A stretch of DNA of 63,259 nucleotides, the filler included, from Asterionella formosa (lineage: Eukaryota), in assembly GCA_002256025.1 (NCBI GenBank). It is 7 parts of 7 records of this genome, joined end to end, with 100 filler letters (N's around TTAATTAATTAA, not from the genome) between each part and the next. Parts side by side here need not be neighbours in the genome. Positions count along the whole stretch, not along the records: positions 1 to 27,189 come from NKIB01001572.1; 6 more parts are not named here. One strand, written 5' to 3'. The translations under genes were made by a program, and so were the position numbers. The notes under the pieces were generated by a model. The model ran no database searches and was not told the origin of the DNA. It saw nothing but the letters and a program-made list of their open reading frames with translations. This document shows, piece by piece, positions 11,367 through 24,380 of the stretch; the stretch's first letter is position 1, and each line of letters starts with the position of its first letter.

Positions 11367-13583
11367 GACAACAACAGAAAAGTGTACACGATGCGAGCCA
11401 AAATAGCGTTGAATTCTAACACCGCTTCCCTCGGGATTGCTACGCTCCTGATGGTTTTGTCAAGCAAGGAATCGTTGTGACCTGTACACCTTGTCGTAGG
11501 AAATGTACTACCGGTAAGTAACCTGTGCTAGTGACTCAGGAGTACCAAATAACCGTTGCTGCGATATAATTAATGAATTGGTCATTTGTTGATCGTAAAA
11601 TGTGGTCAGGTTTCTTATTTCTCATGGGTATCTGTGTTACATACAGGAAACGTACCTCGATTTAATTAGGGACTCCACACAAAAAGCATGAGGTATAAAA
11701 GCTGGTAAATACATGCTCACAACTAATTTAATGTTTCCTCGTGCTATCGATTTGGTAAAAAAGAATGTATTTTCGCAAAGTGGACCTCCAATCGATCTAG
11801 CCTTCGTGGGAAATATAATTAATATTCCGACACCACCTTGAAGGAACAACAACGAACAAGCTCAAAATTCGAAGAAAATTTCTGCGTAAATATTTATCAT
11901 ATATTCTATATATACTCCACTACAAATTCAATATATATACCGGTATATATATCAAGAATTTTTTCGGAATGAATGAAGATGCAAACGCAATCAAGTTCTC
12001 AATCCTGATATATCACTTATATATATGATTCACGTAAACATTTCCGCCAGGGTGATATATTATTACAGGTTTTATGTCAATGACTATGAAGGAAGACCGG
12101 GGTAATTTTATTTTTTCATGTCAATGAATATATATTACGGAAGGAAGGAATAGGTTGTCGATATGTCGGGAAAGATGAGGAGTGTACATGGGATTGGTAC
12201 AGTACCTGGTACCGGTTAACTAAATATCATTTATGCTGGAACGAAGGGTAATATGTGAATCACCTATAGTATACAGGTCGTAACTTAATGACAGGTACAG
12301 TCTGTGCAGTTTTCAGCTCGCTCCTCCACTGGTGCATCTTCTTCATTCAAAGTACATAAGAGTACACTGCAAACGACGGGTGCATCCTAAGCAGTTTTCA
12401 GTTCGCTTTTTCGTCCTCCAATTAGGACCACAGTTACCGTAATCCTCGTAATCTCGCCACGTCGTACTTTTCGGGTAGCGGTTCCTGGTACCACAATAAA
12501 CCTGTTGTCCTGTATCCCCCCTTTTTACTGTACGCACTCCCCTACCAGGTACCGGTATGTACATCTGGCGCAACACTCCCAAATGTTTTATGTGTGCAGA
12601 AAAAATAAGAGCATATTATTGTATTCTATTTGTTCATATATGTATACATATATAAACTCTAGAGGTGTTCACTTTTTATTCGACAAAGAATGCTACCCGT
12701 AGTGGAAGCTAGATTGCTGAAATGCCCTGAGGTGGGCACAGTTAGTGATCTAGTACAGCATGAAGGCATACAGAAGGCATGATGAGGAAAAAATCTTGGG
12801 AATGGAGTCTTTGGTGTATCTTTGATCCATCATCATGTTCAGGGACTTGAGCAATTTGGGATTGCAGGAGTATGAGAAGGAGGTTGTTAGTTGAAGTTAG
12901 CTACACTTAGAAGGCAATGTGCCTGCTGTCCCATGAGGTGTCCAGCCATCATAGTATCCAACAATATTCCAATGTCACCATTCATTAGCTAGTAGGAAGA
13001 CAAACTATTCATTTTATATGTTTAAAGAAATTGAATGAACAAATATAAATGATAAAGTGTTAATCAACGCATCTACTGCTCCTTCCACCAACTTCGGCAG
13101 TTCCACCATTAATGGAGGGGGTTGTGAAAAGATAAAATATTAGAAACGGCCGGGAAGAAACAAAAAATTCCTTAAATAACCATTGGCCTTGTTCATGACA
13201 TTCCCATAGACAACATACCGGAGCAAAATTTCTATCCATCACAAGAACTGCTCCATGTGTAAGCAAACGTACTTGAGGCAAAACTTTTGCTTAAACTAAA
13301 CAGACATGCCCAGTTTATAGTCCTTCATTCATTTGTAGATGCTGCCTAGATCATTAAGGTAGGAAATTGAGTTACCAGTAAACCGGTACCAGCAAGTTTC
13401 GGTAATTTTGCTATATCTAGTTCCATGTACAACTTTGTACAGGAAATACTGACTCCAATTCCAAATTAATACATCTGTCTCTTCTTGATATCCGTTTAAT
13501 AAACTAACCCAACCGGCTTGTTGTTCCTATATTGTATATATTTAGCTTTAATCTGATTTAGCCTAAATATTGAGACCAATCTG

Positions 13584-16375
13584 CATCTGCAAATAGAAAA
13601 CATCTAATTCGTGTGATGCATCTTACAATGGCGATCATATGATCATATAAATTCGATTTATCATCTAATACGAATATTATTTATTGTCATAGAGAATATT
13701 GTATGTATATATATTGATACATGTATTTTTGTATGTATACCATCACTGGCTGCAAACATCAACAACTGCTCAATCTGAATTTGAATCATTTGTGTTGCAT
13801 GAGTAGGACAATCGTACATGGGTATATGTACATATCTGCTGTAGCATTCTCTAGTTTAGAAGACATGATAGATATGCATAGCTACTATATGGATATGCAT
13901 GTTCGAGTCTACTTGTGTGTGATACTAACTGGTACCAGGTACTACTGTCTATAGCACCATCTATTGTACTAGTACCAATATGTTCACAGATATTTTTGTA
14001 TGTAAACATATGTACACGATTGATCTGAATTTGAATCATACTCATGATAGGGATAGGGTTAGGGAGTGACTTTGGTATAGTATCTAAAGGTGATTGTGGG
14101 TACGCAATATCACGTAGTCGTACAACAATGTTTCATTGGTATCTGTTGGTGATGAAGGGGACGCAATAACACTTTCTCGTACAAACAACATGACATTGGT
14201 ATCTATTGTCACCTCGTACTCAGGCTACAACACGTTCTTGTACAGAAAAGGTGACAACATTGGTATCTATTGGTGACGGAGGGGACGCAATAGCACATTG
14301 TTCTCGTACAAACAAGGTGACATTGATATCTATTGTCACCTCGTACTTAGATCAAAAGTAAGATCAAACGAGCTAAAAGTTAATATCTGTGATCTTATTT
14401 ATTGGCAATCGTATCCAACCAGAAAGTATGATCTGTAATTTTTCTTCGTCTCATGCAACAAAGAAATCTGTAGAAACTTCAACCCGTGCTTTCAATGGAA
14501 GATTGATTGCGTGGTTCCTGATTGTAGCTAGTTCAACCAATTTTATTTTGAATGCGTTGCAATGGTCCAGTGAATAACAATCTAAAATAACGAATGATGA
14601 AGAAGGTGATCCCGCGGCATCAAAAATTTCAAAGAAGCAAAGGATCATGACAAGACCAGCGCAGCGGAAGTCGGTGAGGAAGGAAAATCAGAAATGTACA
14701 AGTATTAAGATATATTCATGTTAAAAGTAAGAGCAAAAAAGCTAAAAATTGTTATCTGTGATCTTATTTATTGGCAATCATTTCTAACCAGGAGGTATGA
14801 TCTGTACTAATTCATAAAGATTGAATATTTTATGATTTGTACCAAATGAATAATTGTTGTATGACTCCCGCTAATTGAGAGGCTTAATTAAATTACTTAC
14901 TTGTAGGTACAAGAATTGATGCGGAAAGATTCAAAAACAGTACATCAGGTCGTGGAAAACAATGATATCCTCATGCATTGTATATATTTAAATTATGTAT
15001 AAGCTTAATTGATGATAGTATAAACATTATGTGTATATATTTATTTGTATTAAAATTTTTATAAATGTATACAAAGCCTATACATTTGAAATCATGTTTC
15101 GAGGTTCCTTGTTATGCATACCGGTAACACATGATCCTGAAATAAAAGATCATCTCTTTGAAAACTGAAAGAATGACGCTTCAACACACACAATGATGAT
15201 AAACGTTGCGACTTAGAAGGATTGAAAATGGAAAAGTGATTTGAATCTAGCTATTGTATGTCAAGAGTTCATGCCAAGGTGATCAATTGTTGGGTTCACA
15301 AAGATTTAATGATTGTCTCCTTCCCTAGCAATTCAAAAGCACATTTAGCATTCAGCGGGATACCACCAATGTCAACCAAAAAAAATGTAAATGCTCTTGT
15401 TGGATCAATGAACCACTGTTAGAAAATCACTGACACATGTTTGTTTTTTAATCTTTCAGGATAATTTTAATCAAAAAGTTTTGTTCTAAGTTATAAATGA
15501 CATTGCTTGGTGGAACGGTTTATTGATGTGTACTTATGTGATCATCGACTGACACATTATTTTACGGAATCATGCGAAAAGTTCATCGATTTCTGGTAAG
15601 TGAAGCATGATAAAAATGGGACCGCAGTGTTGAGGTGTGTATAAAAAACATGGCTACCAAGCGAGTAATTTCTTCTCATTGTTATTATAATTAGGAAATC
15701 GAAATGGATAAAACAGGAACGGAATCATAGCGCATGCGAATTCAGAATCGGATCAAAAGGAAATGGGATTTGCAGCAAGTAGTCAGATTTCAGAATCAGA
15801 GTGGAAGGGAGGCGGGAGGCATGAATAAAGAGCTTTGAAGGGAGGCATGCATCCTCAAGAGCATTGAAGGGACGCGGGGGGGAGGCAGCATGCAACTTCA
15901 AGAGCATTGAAGGGAAGCGGGAAGCATGCATCAAGAGCTATGAAGGGTGGCGGGGGAAGCATGTATCCTCACAAGCATTGAAGGGCGGCGGCTGAGGGAG
16001 GCATGCATCTTCAAGAGTATTGAGACAATAGAAATGGGGAACATTGACTGTTTAACCGCACAAAATATAGAAACATAAAAAGCATTTCGTGATATAATAG
16101 TAAAATTACAATCCATTTCAACCTATTTTCAACAGCTATTTCGATCAGAGTTACCATCAGCATATCTATAGATGATAAAAGAATGTACATCATAGGATAA
16201 TGTTTTGATGATTATATGGTGTTTTGTTTATTATGAGTAAGCTTAGCCTGTTCACTTTCATAGTATGCATTTATCATACATGTAACGAAATATACATCAT
16301 GCACAGAAAAATTGTGTGCCAGTTATCGTATGATACCCCTGATCTTATAAGTACAATACTTTTTATTTGCAGACG
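13584..16375. mobile_element. Approximately 2.8-kb non-autonomous TIR element, unclassified
   Basis: Left end CATCTGCAAATAGAAAA and right end TTTTTATTTGCAGACG are inverted repeats. The 14073-16375 part is repeated at 27614-29717, and homology stops just after GCAGACG. Confidence 0.65.
15800..16025. repeat. Degenerate minisatellite, unit about 29-35 bp (GCATGCATC..CAAGAGCATTGAAGGGAGGCGGGAG)
   Basis: About 6-7 head-to-tail imperfect units; the homologous array is at about 29180-29360. Confidence 0.85.
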
Positions 16376-16682
16376 TGTTTTGCTTTTTCTTCCATTTGCT
16401 TCTCGTTCGTTTTGCTTAAAGTAGCAATTTCGCTTATTGTGATGTCATCATTTCAACGATGCTGCCATCACATTCCCCTACAACCTACATAATCATACTG
16501 TAGCTAACTATGATACTGAATACGCACCGGTAAACTTAGCTATACCGGTACCTGTTCTCAGTTAGTATGTCAGATGAAATAAACAATGTCTATTGCTTAT
16601 CTACAGACATTCCATATTATACGAATAGCTGTAGCCATTCATGCACAAGGTACCTGGTAGGATATGTACCGGTTCTGATATA

Positions 16683-17190
16683 TAATTATTTAGCAGAAAT
16701 ACTGCTATTCTTTTTTATATATAATACGCTATAGTGTAGTAGTACCGGTAGTTGTGTAGTTGCAAGCTTTTAGAGAAGCCTTCATCATCATGTCGTCGCA
16801 GCGTTGAACAGCTATGATGAAAATAGCGAATATCTCCACAAAAATGAGAACGATGCTTTCCTTTTAGATACATTTATCAAACACGACATAGATAGTACAA
16901 TTGTAAAAAAATAATCTTAATTGCACTAATATTGACAACAAATTTGAAGCCGCCGCTGGAAATTTTTTCATCTAATTTAGAGATGCGCAATCTTTAAACG
17001 ACGATGCTACGAGGAGATACAACACTTTTACAGTAACTACACAACAACAAATGAGACTACGACTACAGTATTAACATGAATAATCGAAGCAAAAGATGTG
17101 AAATAAGGCTATTATCTACTGAGAATTGATTGATTGCAAATGGGCAATTTGTATCTTTGTAGAAGCCAGCAAATGTGAAGCATTCGCTGG
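16683..17190. repeat. Old dispersed repeat, homologous to about 42244-42730
   Basis: Collinear shared blocks: AATTATTTAGC.GAAAT, GAAAATAGC..TGAGAACGA.GCTTTCC, TATCAAACAC..ATAGA, AATATTGACAAC, GAAGCAAAAGATGTGAA. Confidence 0.7.
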
Positions 17191-18033
17191 TGTATGATGT
17201 CGTCAAAACTGCGGGTAATGCCCTCCAGTCGTAGTAATGTGCAGCAGCCCATTCCTACCATGTACCGCTACATATGAAACGATACTACTTGGCAAGCCAT
17301 GCATGTGCCGACAGGATTGTCGGGGTTGCCGGTAACTCAATGTCCTTTCGTGGTAATGACGCAGACAGCTTTGTTTAATTTTTAGCAAGATTTGCTTAAA
17401 GTAGAGTCAATTTGCTTAAACTAACATAGCTAGTCCCTAAATACTTTAGCCCAAAATTACAATCCGTCAGAACCTGTTTTGTCCCAAATCATCTGAATTT
17501 ATCGAATTTTGTCCAGCCGTCTTTATAAGGCCTGCGGGGCGAGCTGTTAGAAGTTAGTACGCCCACAAGACCTCTCCACCCTAATCCAGCACGCGCCCCA
17601 CGTTCCCCCACCCCCTCTTCCCTTTCATCCCGTGTTCCCCCGCTTCTTTTGAAACAACACCGTGTGCGTATTGAACTCAAAAGCACACTCTTCGATCGAT
17701 TTAAACGCAACTAGCTAAATATATATTAGATATTAAGTTTTCTACACAAATGTATGTACGCCTTTCGGATTCAGGGGAGATCGCAAATGACTCATTGAAG
17801 ATAAACAGAAAGGACAATACTGAGCCAGGGGAGACCAAGATTGTTAGCACTTCCAAGCAAGGGGAGCCTGATACTAGGTCATACACAATCGCACTGCCAC
17901 AACCGCCAGAGACAGCGGAGCAAAATGTCTCTGAGACCAGCACCAAACCTAGCTGGCTAGTACAACCATTCCCAGTAAGAACTACAAACCAAAAAGCTAT
18001 CCAAGCCCAACCGACTAGCCGAAAAAAAATCAG

Positions 18034-19790
18034 TTGGAGCATTCAAATCATATTTATGCTGTGAACATTCAAAACGTTGCAACACAGATAACCACAGGAT
18101 ACACTGAGAAAGCACAAATTAATCATTACGAAACATTCAGGACTATGGGCAATGATCACCTTCCAGAAGAATACAAGCAAATTCCATACCAAATGATTTT
18201 CGACGTAAAATTTGACCTCAGAAAGAAAGCTCGCCTAGTAGCTGGTGAAAGCAGGACTGATACACCTAAAGTCGACATATATTCTGGAGTGGTTGGAATG
18301 GAATCAGTCAGAACCGGTTTTCTATAAGCTAGCCTTAATGGAATTGATGAATGTGCCGCTGATAGAGGGAACGCCTTCTTGTATGGTAAAACAACAGAAA
18401 AGGTATTCATCAAAACAGGCCCAGAAATCCGGAGAAATGATCGGAATATCATTAATCATTTAAGTTGCAACCACTGTGTCATCACCCTTTGGATATTTTA
18501 CATTAGTTATGCAATATAAGCGCTAAGCAGGTATTCCATGGCACCAAGAGAAGGACACTTTAAGGCCATGAAACGCTTCATGGGATGGTAAATGAAATCA
18601 CATACAAAAGGATGCATCATCATTGAACCAAACATGAGAGATTCGTCTATGCCTTATATGGACACAGCCAATAACTGGGGAGAATTCTATTTTGACGCAT
18701 CTGAAGAATTACCCCCCAATATGCCTCAGCCTAAGGGGAGAAATGCACGAATCACGGTATTTTTTGATGCAGATACTCCTGTCAAGTGGATGTCTAAAAA
18801 GCTAAAAAGCAGAAGACAGTGGAAACTTCCACATATGGCTCTGAACTGGTTGCAGCACTTATAGCCACTGAAATGGTCATCGAAATGCGTAATAATCTCA
18901 GGATGCTTGGTGTACCCCTTAATCAACCTTTACTACAATGCCATCCAGTACTGTGTTAAGGAAAAGCATAATGCGATAGCATATCACTGTGTCAGAGAAA
19001 CCATTGCAGAAAATAAAGTAGGATTCCAACATATACGCTCAGACACTAACTTGGCAGACATATTGACAAAACCTCCTGGATGATTAACATTTGGGGCTTT
19101 TATCAGAACGTCAATGTTCCGAATATCAAGAAGTATGGAAGAACTTAAAGCCATCTGATTCTTTGGACTGTCATTCAACAAATTTGTACTAGATCTACGA
19201 AGAACATGCGCAGCTGGGATTATCAATATTACCCAAATATTGAAATTTATTTTAGCAAGTATGTGCGATATTTCGCATTTGCATGGTGCGCAAGTGTAGA
19301 AAGGAGGATATGTAACAGGAAAATATTTAGACACACATATTTATGAAAACAAAAGAAAGTCAAATTACATCTTCATGAAACTTATCATGTCCGATATGGT
19401 TGAAGACAACAACAAGCATATGGAAGATGAAAATATCGCCAAGATAGTGATCACAAATGGAAAATACAAAGGAATAAGGGCTTAGTTTATTAAGCACCAT
19501 ACTGAAAAGATGATAAAACTTACAATTTATATGCCTGACAGTACCATCATTATTCGCTGTCTATCACCAGAAAGTATTCTTATTGTTGATCAACATTTTC
19601 AAAACACGGATCATTGGAAGCTTCACCTCCTATGTACAGGATCGCATTTGTGCTGAGTTTATATCAGCTGGATTACCCTTTGACAGCCAGTCCTGTCATT
19701 CCTGGATATTTCAGATGCCGTATGGTGTGTAAATAAAGCATTCACCCTTTATTTGCCAACATGACCATTGATCATGAATGAAGGGGACTA
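18034..19790 (+). mobile_element. Decayed Ty1/Copia LTR retrotransposon remnant (RT and RNase H fragments), CoDi-like
   Basis: YQMIFDVKFDLRKKARLVAG (RT); VETSTYGSELVA..EMR and KKHNAIAYHCVRETIA..HIRSDTNLADILTKP (Copia RNase H); stops and deletions; purine tract GAATGAAGGGGA near 19780 as a possible PPT. Confidence 0.88.
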
Positions 19791-21143
19791 GCAGAACTAC
19801 CGGTATACTGATACTGGTACCAAGACATGACACATATGTATACATGTTGAAGCATATGGCTCTGAACGTATGCATTTAAAAGTAAGGTAAATGGTTATAT
19901 TTTTACAGCAGTACATACATATCCATTGGAGAACATGGCTGTAGTATGACAGGTACGGATATAATAATCACACATTAGTAGAATAAAGCATTTAGTAATC
20001 ATGTTTCTCTGTGTCTGGCAACACATGACTTTGTTGTGATTGAATCAGTTGGAGTTTATTTCGTGATCCGTTTATCCTTGCTTTACTACTTAGCAACAGT
20101 ATGGCTACCGGTAATGAAATAACGGTACCTGGAACCCACTCCGACTGAATACTGCGTTTTAAATACTGGAGACGACCTGCCACGAGACAAAGGCCGTATC
20201 TTGCTCATGAACAGTTGACATGCCTTTTGTGTACCGGTATATTTCAAACATGTCACATGTATGTAGCTGTAAAAGGTGCTGCTACAGTACCAGGTAACGT
20301 TATGAAGCAACGGGTAGCTCCTTTCACTCAGTGTACGGTAGGACTGTGTTCATTCCTTGACACATACGGGGTACAGTAATACTCCGGTATTCCGTGCATG
20401 ATAAAGTTGTAATCAAAGTCACTGACTCTTCCTTGTATCGATCGTCGTCCGAACCCATCAGCGGTTGGGTCACATGCTACATAGATTTAAAACATGCATG
20501 CACCCAGCCATTGTTAAATGGGAGCACCAATTACCAGGTACCTGGTACCGGAAAGCATTGGACACAGATATACCGGTATGTGTCTAATTTTATTAATACC
20601 GGTAAGTGTTATTATTTAAAATAATAGCCATAGATTCTGCTTATAATTGTTTGAAAAATTCGGTTATTGCTTTTGTGTATATATGTATACGTATGTATGC
20701 GCAAAACAGGCAGGAAAACGATATTATTCATCGTACGTCTGGCTGTGGTGCCCCGCGATACTTTCTGACTCGAATTCTCTGGTTACGCACGTCACTGCTT
20801 CGATAAACACGAACCGCTGGTCGGCTACAACAGATAATGAATACCATAATGAAGTCCCTAATGTTCCTCCTGTTTGTCGAATACTGGTACAGGTACCCGG
20901 TCTACCCTGGTACTGGTACCAGGTACCTTCTTTTTGGACATGGTGCCTGATGATGGTGCCTCATTTCCTCTGATTTGCAGAAAGAGCACACAAGAAAATA
21001 CAAAACATCGGATAGTTGGGGTAGAAATTTGTTTTATTAAAAAGGAATATTTGGGGTACAGTATTTACATGGGCGCCATTTCAAAAGTCACCGGACCACT
21101 CGGAAAGCACCAACCAATCTACGATGGCTTCTATTCAATAATC

Positions 21144-22031
21144 ATGCAGACCTTCAATCTTGCTCATCTCAGTGCCCTGACCGCCATTTTGATCTTGCGC
21201 GCTGCATGGCTCGGCCATCTAGTGATCACACCAATGATGCCGCTAGTTGCCGTCTTTGGCATGGCGCGAGTACCCTACGTTGGATGCTGCATGTCCATTT
21301 GTCTTCACCGCTACTTTGCACACAACGCCTTCAAGACCTCCAGGGCCTTCCAGTTTGTCCTCGGTGTGTTTGGCTCCATGGCAATGCAAGGTGGAGTACT
21401 TTGGTGGGCCTCCAAGCACTTGAGACATCACAAACATTGCGATGAACCGCAGGATCCTCATTCTCCAACTCAGACTTCGTCGATGTATGCCTGGCTTGGA
21501 TGGCTCTACTTCGAAACTCATCACGACTGGGCGTACTTGCCTAAGCGATTATTGACGCCCGAGATGCTATTTATCAATCTCTTTTTCATTGTTCCCAACA
21601 TGCTCGGCACTTTAGCTCTCGTGCCTTTGGTCGGAAAAGAATGGGCTCTATTTCTTTGCTGGGTCCCTGCCTGTTTCGGTGCACTCGCCACGACACGTTT
21701 TAACGTTGACTACCACCCTCCTATCAAGAACAGAAAGGATGGCGAGTGCATTGGCATCAACAAGGAGAGCGGCGACAAGGGCATTGGTCCCCTCCGTCTG
21801 GAGTGGCTTGCATTCTATGCCCCTTGGATGTTCGAGCCTCTGGTGGGCGAAGCGTTTCACGAAGACCACCATTTGTACCCTCGTCGGGCCCACCGTCCTG
21901 GCTTTGACATTCCCTATACCTTGATCCTTCAACCACTCGCCAAGCTTGGTGTGATCTGGGATCTCCAGCAGCCACTACCAGAGGATGATTTTACCTCAAC
22001 ATACCCAATTTATCCTGAAAAGGATAATTGA
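21144..22031 (+). CDS. Membrane fatty-acid desaturase, delta-9/acyl-CoA desaturase-like
   Basis: Three His boxes HRYFAH, HLRHHKH(CDEPQDPHSP) and GEAFHEDHH, with hydrophobic segments. Likely start ATG at 21144; the upstream ORF extension runs through GGTACC-repeat DNA. Confidence 0.88.
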   Translation: MQTFNLAHLSALTAILILRAAWLGHLVITPMMPLVAVFGMARVPYVGCCMSICLHRYFAHNAFKTSRAFQFVLGVFGSMAMQGGVLWWASKHLRHHKHCDEPQDPHSPTQTSSMYAWLGWLYFETHHDWAYLPKRLLTPEMLFINLFFIVPNMLGTLALVPLVGKEWALFLCWVPACFGALATTRFNVDYHPPIKNRKDGECIGINKESGDKGIGPLRLEWLAFYAPWMFEPLVGEAFHEDHHLYPRRAHRPGFDIPYTLILQPLAKLGVIWDLQQPLPEDDFTSTYPIYPEKDN

Positions 22032-23159
22032 AGCAGGTGCGGACGGTGCAGTTTTACATAGCGCGTTAAAGCTAAAAAATGCATCGAAATCGCCATTCAT
22101 AGCTAGAGGAAAGTGTTTTTCTTTGTAGCAAAGACGAACGCGAGAGTAGAAAGAAATTTGAGTATAGTTTAGTCTGTGCCACAAATGCACAGTCGTCAGC
22201 TACCGCGAGTTTGAAAAGGGGCAAGGTTAGAGGACCAATCCCCTCATGATTGATGCACAGCATCATCTCATATCTACTCGGAGTGGGGTTGCCATGATAG
22301 ACTACCGGCAAATCATCATCAAACCCAAAACATTGTTTGAAACAATTGAAGATGATCCTTTTCATGAATGACCGACAATGTTCAGTTGCTCACTTATAGC
22401 GATCTAACTTTAAATGTGAAGACCTACGTAACGAGTAACTTTGTAGGAATTGAGCCAAACCACCCATACCGCCATGTTACATCAGCAGCTGGCTTGGAGA
22501 CTATATTCCGCAGAACTCGGTGTGACACCTGATACTGATACCAATAATATACAGATCCTTTCCACAGCCATTTAGTAGCATTCCCCGAGAGTAGAATAGA
22601 TTATAATCTGTATACGGCAAGATGTCGTCCTACCAAGCCAGTCACCAACTGTGATTTCTTTCGAATCTGGAGATCGAGAAAGCAACAATGTCAAGACTAT
22701 GGAACTTTCTAAATATTCCAGGCTTGGTCGTTGTGTGGTACCCTCGCTCCAATATCAAACCCCCTGGATCATTCTGGATCAGTACAGTGATTATTCGTAA
22801 ACAATTTATCAATTCTTTCTTTCATGAGTTCCATGTTTTTCTGATCGACCTATTTGCATCGTCCATTCTTGTTAGGCACGCTTCCTGCCGTCGCTCGGGT
22901 GCTACATGGCTCCTTTGCTTCTACAGGATCATTATCGTATCACCACTTTGGGCTTCTACTGTTGTTCGATCGCTTTCTGATCCGAGGAGGCCATTCTCTT
23001 GAGGTAACGCTATGGAAACTTGATCCACGCTTCCTATTACCGATTGCTGTTGCTCGTGAGATCTTTCCAGCCCTTGCTGTTCTTGACCTGGAACGCTCTG
23101 CACTGAAATATCTACAAGGAGTGAGTCTTCTCGTGTTTCATTTTCAATCACTACAGAAA

Positions 23160-24380
23160 CTAAAAATTCTTGTGCTCTGCCACGGGTTCTACCACTCGAA
23201 GTTCTTCTGTTACTTGCTTACCTCCAACTGCCATCATTTGTTCTACACTCGCCGATTTGACAATTTTCGTTTCCGTACTTGTACCTGGTACCGTGTTGGG
23301 AGTTCTGTGTTCGTTGATCGGATAATTGTTTTCTCGAGGGCCACAATTTGCTGTGGCGGCACAACAGATGGTACAACATTCGCAAATTATCATGTCTCCC
23401 TTTCGACAATCGGACCATAGGTTGAACAAGGCACCTGTATTAAACAAAGAACATATAGTCGTTGGAATTTGTCCAGTCAATCTATTGTCGTGGAGCAAAA
23501 GCTGCTCTGCTCGTTGGGGTTAAAAAAGTAATCAATAAGTAAGGCAATTTCATGGAACGAACAGTTACAGGAACGAAAACTAACACTCACCCATGGACTG
23601 TAATCGCCCAAATGACTCTGGAACTGTCCCTCGGAAGAGATTGCTTGAGAAACCTGCATATTTTAAGTCAATAAAGTCACCCAGTTCAGATGGTATCTCC
23701 CCAGTTAAAACATTGTTTTGAAAATCCAAGAAAACAAGTTTCGAGAGGTGAATCAGTTCTGAAGGTAGTCTTCCGCGCAAGTTATTCGCCGCCAGAAACA
23801 ATGATTTAACCTCAAAGTTACTATCGCATTCCAAGACCCCCAAGTTTGCGACTTGATTCTTTCTGTTCTTCCAGTCACATTCATGACTCCCCGACAGCCA
23901 CTCTACATCGTCATGTTGCCAGACGGATTTACGAGTTGTCGTGCTGAACCACAGTAGTGCCAAGACGTACCGCTGAACCAGATGCTGGTCGTCGTGCACG
24001 CCCAGTTGCAGCACATCTTTGTTGACGATCCATTCATAGGCTTGATTCTGAGGTGTATTACGTTGTTCGAGCAGTTCCATATGCGAGACATCGCTGAGTC
24101 GCAATAGGATTTCATGTTCTCGAAACTTGTCTTGTTCATTCTGGATAAGTGCTGGGTCAAAGACTATTTTCAGAGCTTGAGTATCAAAGACGATGTAGTA
24201 TGGAAGGTAATTCTTAATCACTTTCGATTCAATGAGCAGGAACCAAATTACTGCACCAAGAAAGACGGCGACGAAGACTTTCGTTCGACCTGAAAATGCT
24301 CTTTCCAGTGATGCCCTCCGGCGCTCACTGAAATAGGTAAACTGGTTATTGAATAACCTACTAGCCGTTGCGATTGCCAT
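23160..24380 (-). CDS. Membrane-anchored leucine-rich-repeat protein (diatom L-domain type); intron 23590-23507; 3' end possibly decayed
   Basis: TM helix VFVAVFLGAVIWFLLI; TPQNQAYEWI..LVQRYVLALLWFST..WLSGSHECDW cap; LRRs (NNLRGRLPSEL, NNVLTGEIPSEL, SNLFRGTVPESF, DNRLTGQIPTTIC); C-cap SDC..ICECCTICC. Confidence 0.8.

Noticed and set aside
15800..16025. CRISPR-like repeat/spacer pattern (also 14120-14347 and 29180-29360)
   Set aside because: The intervening sequences are variants of one another, so these are degenerate minisatellites inside a repeat element.
20874..21143. N-terminal extension of the desaturase ORF
   Set aside because: It starts at a non-ATG codon and passes through GGTACC-repeat DNA; more likely promoter or UTR.
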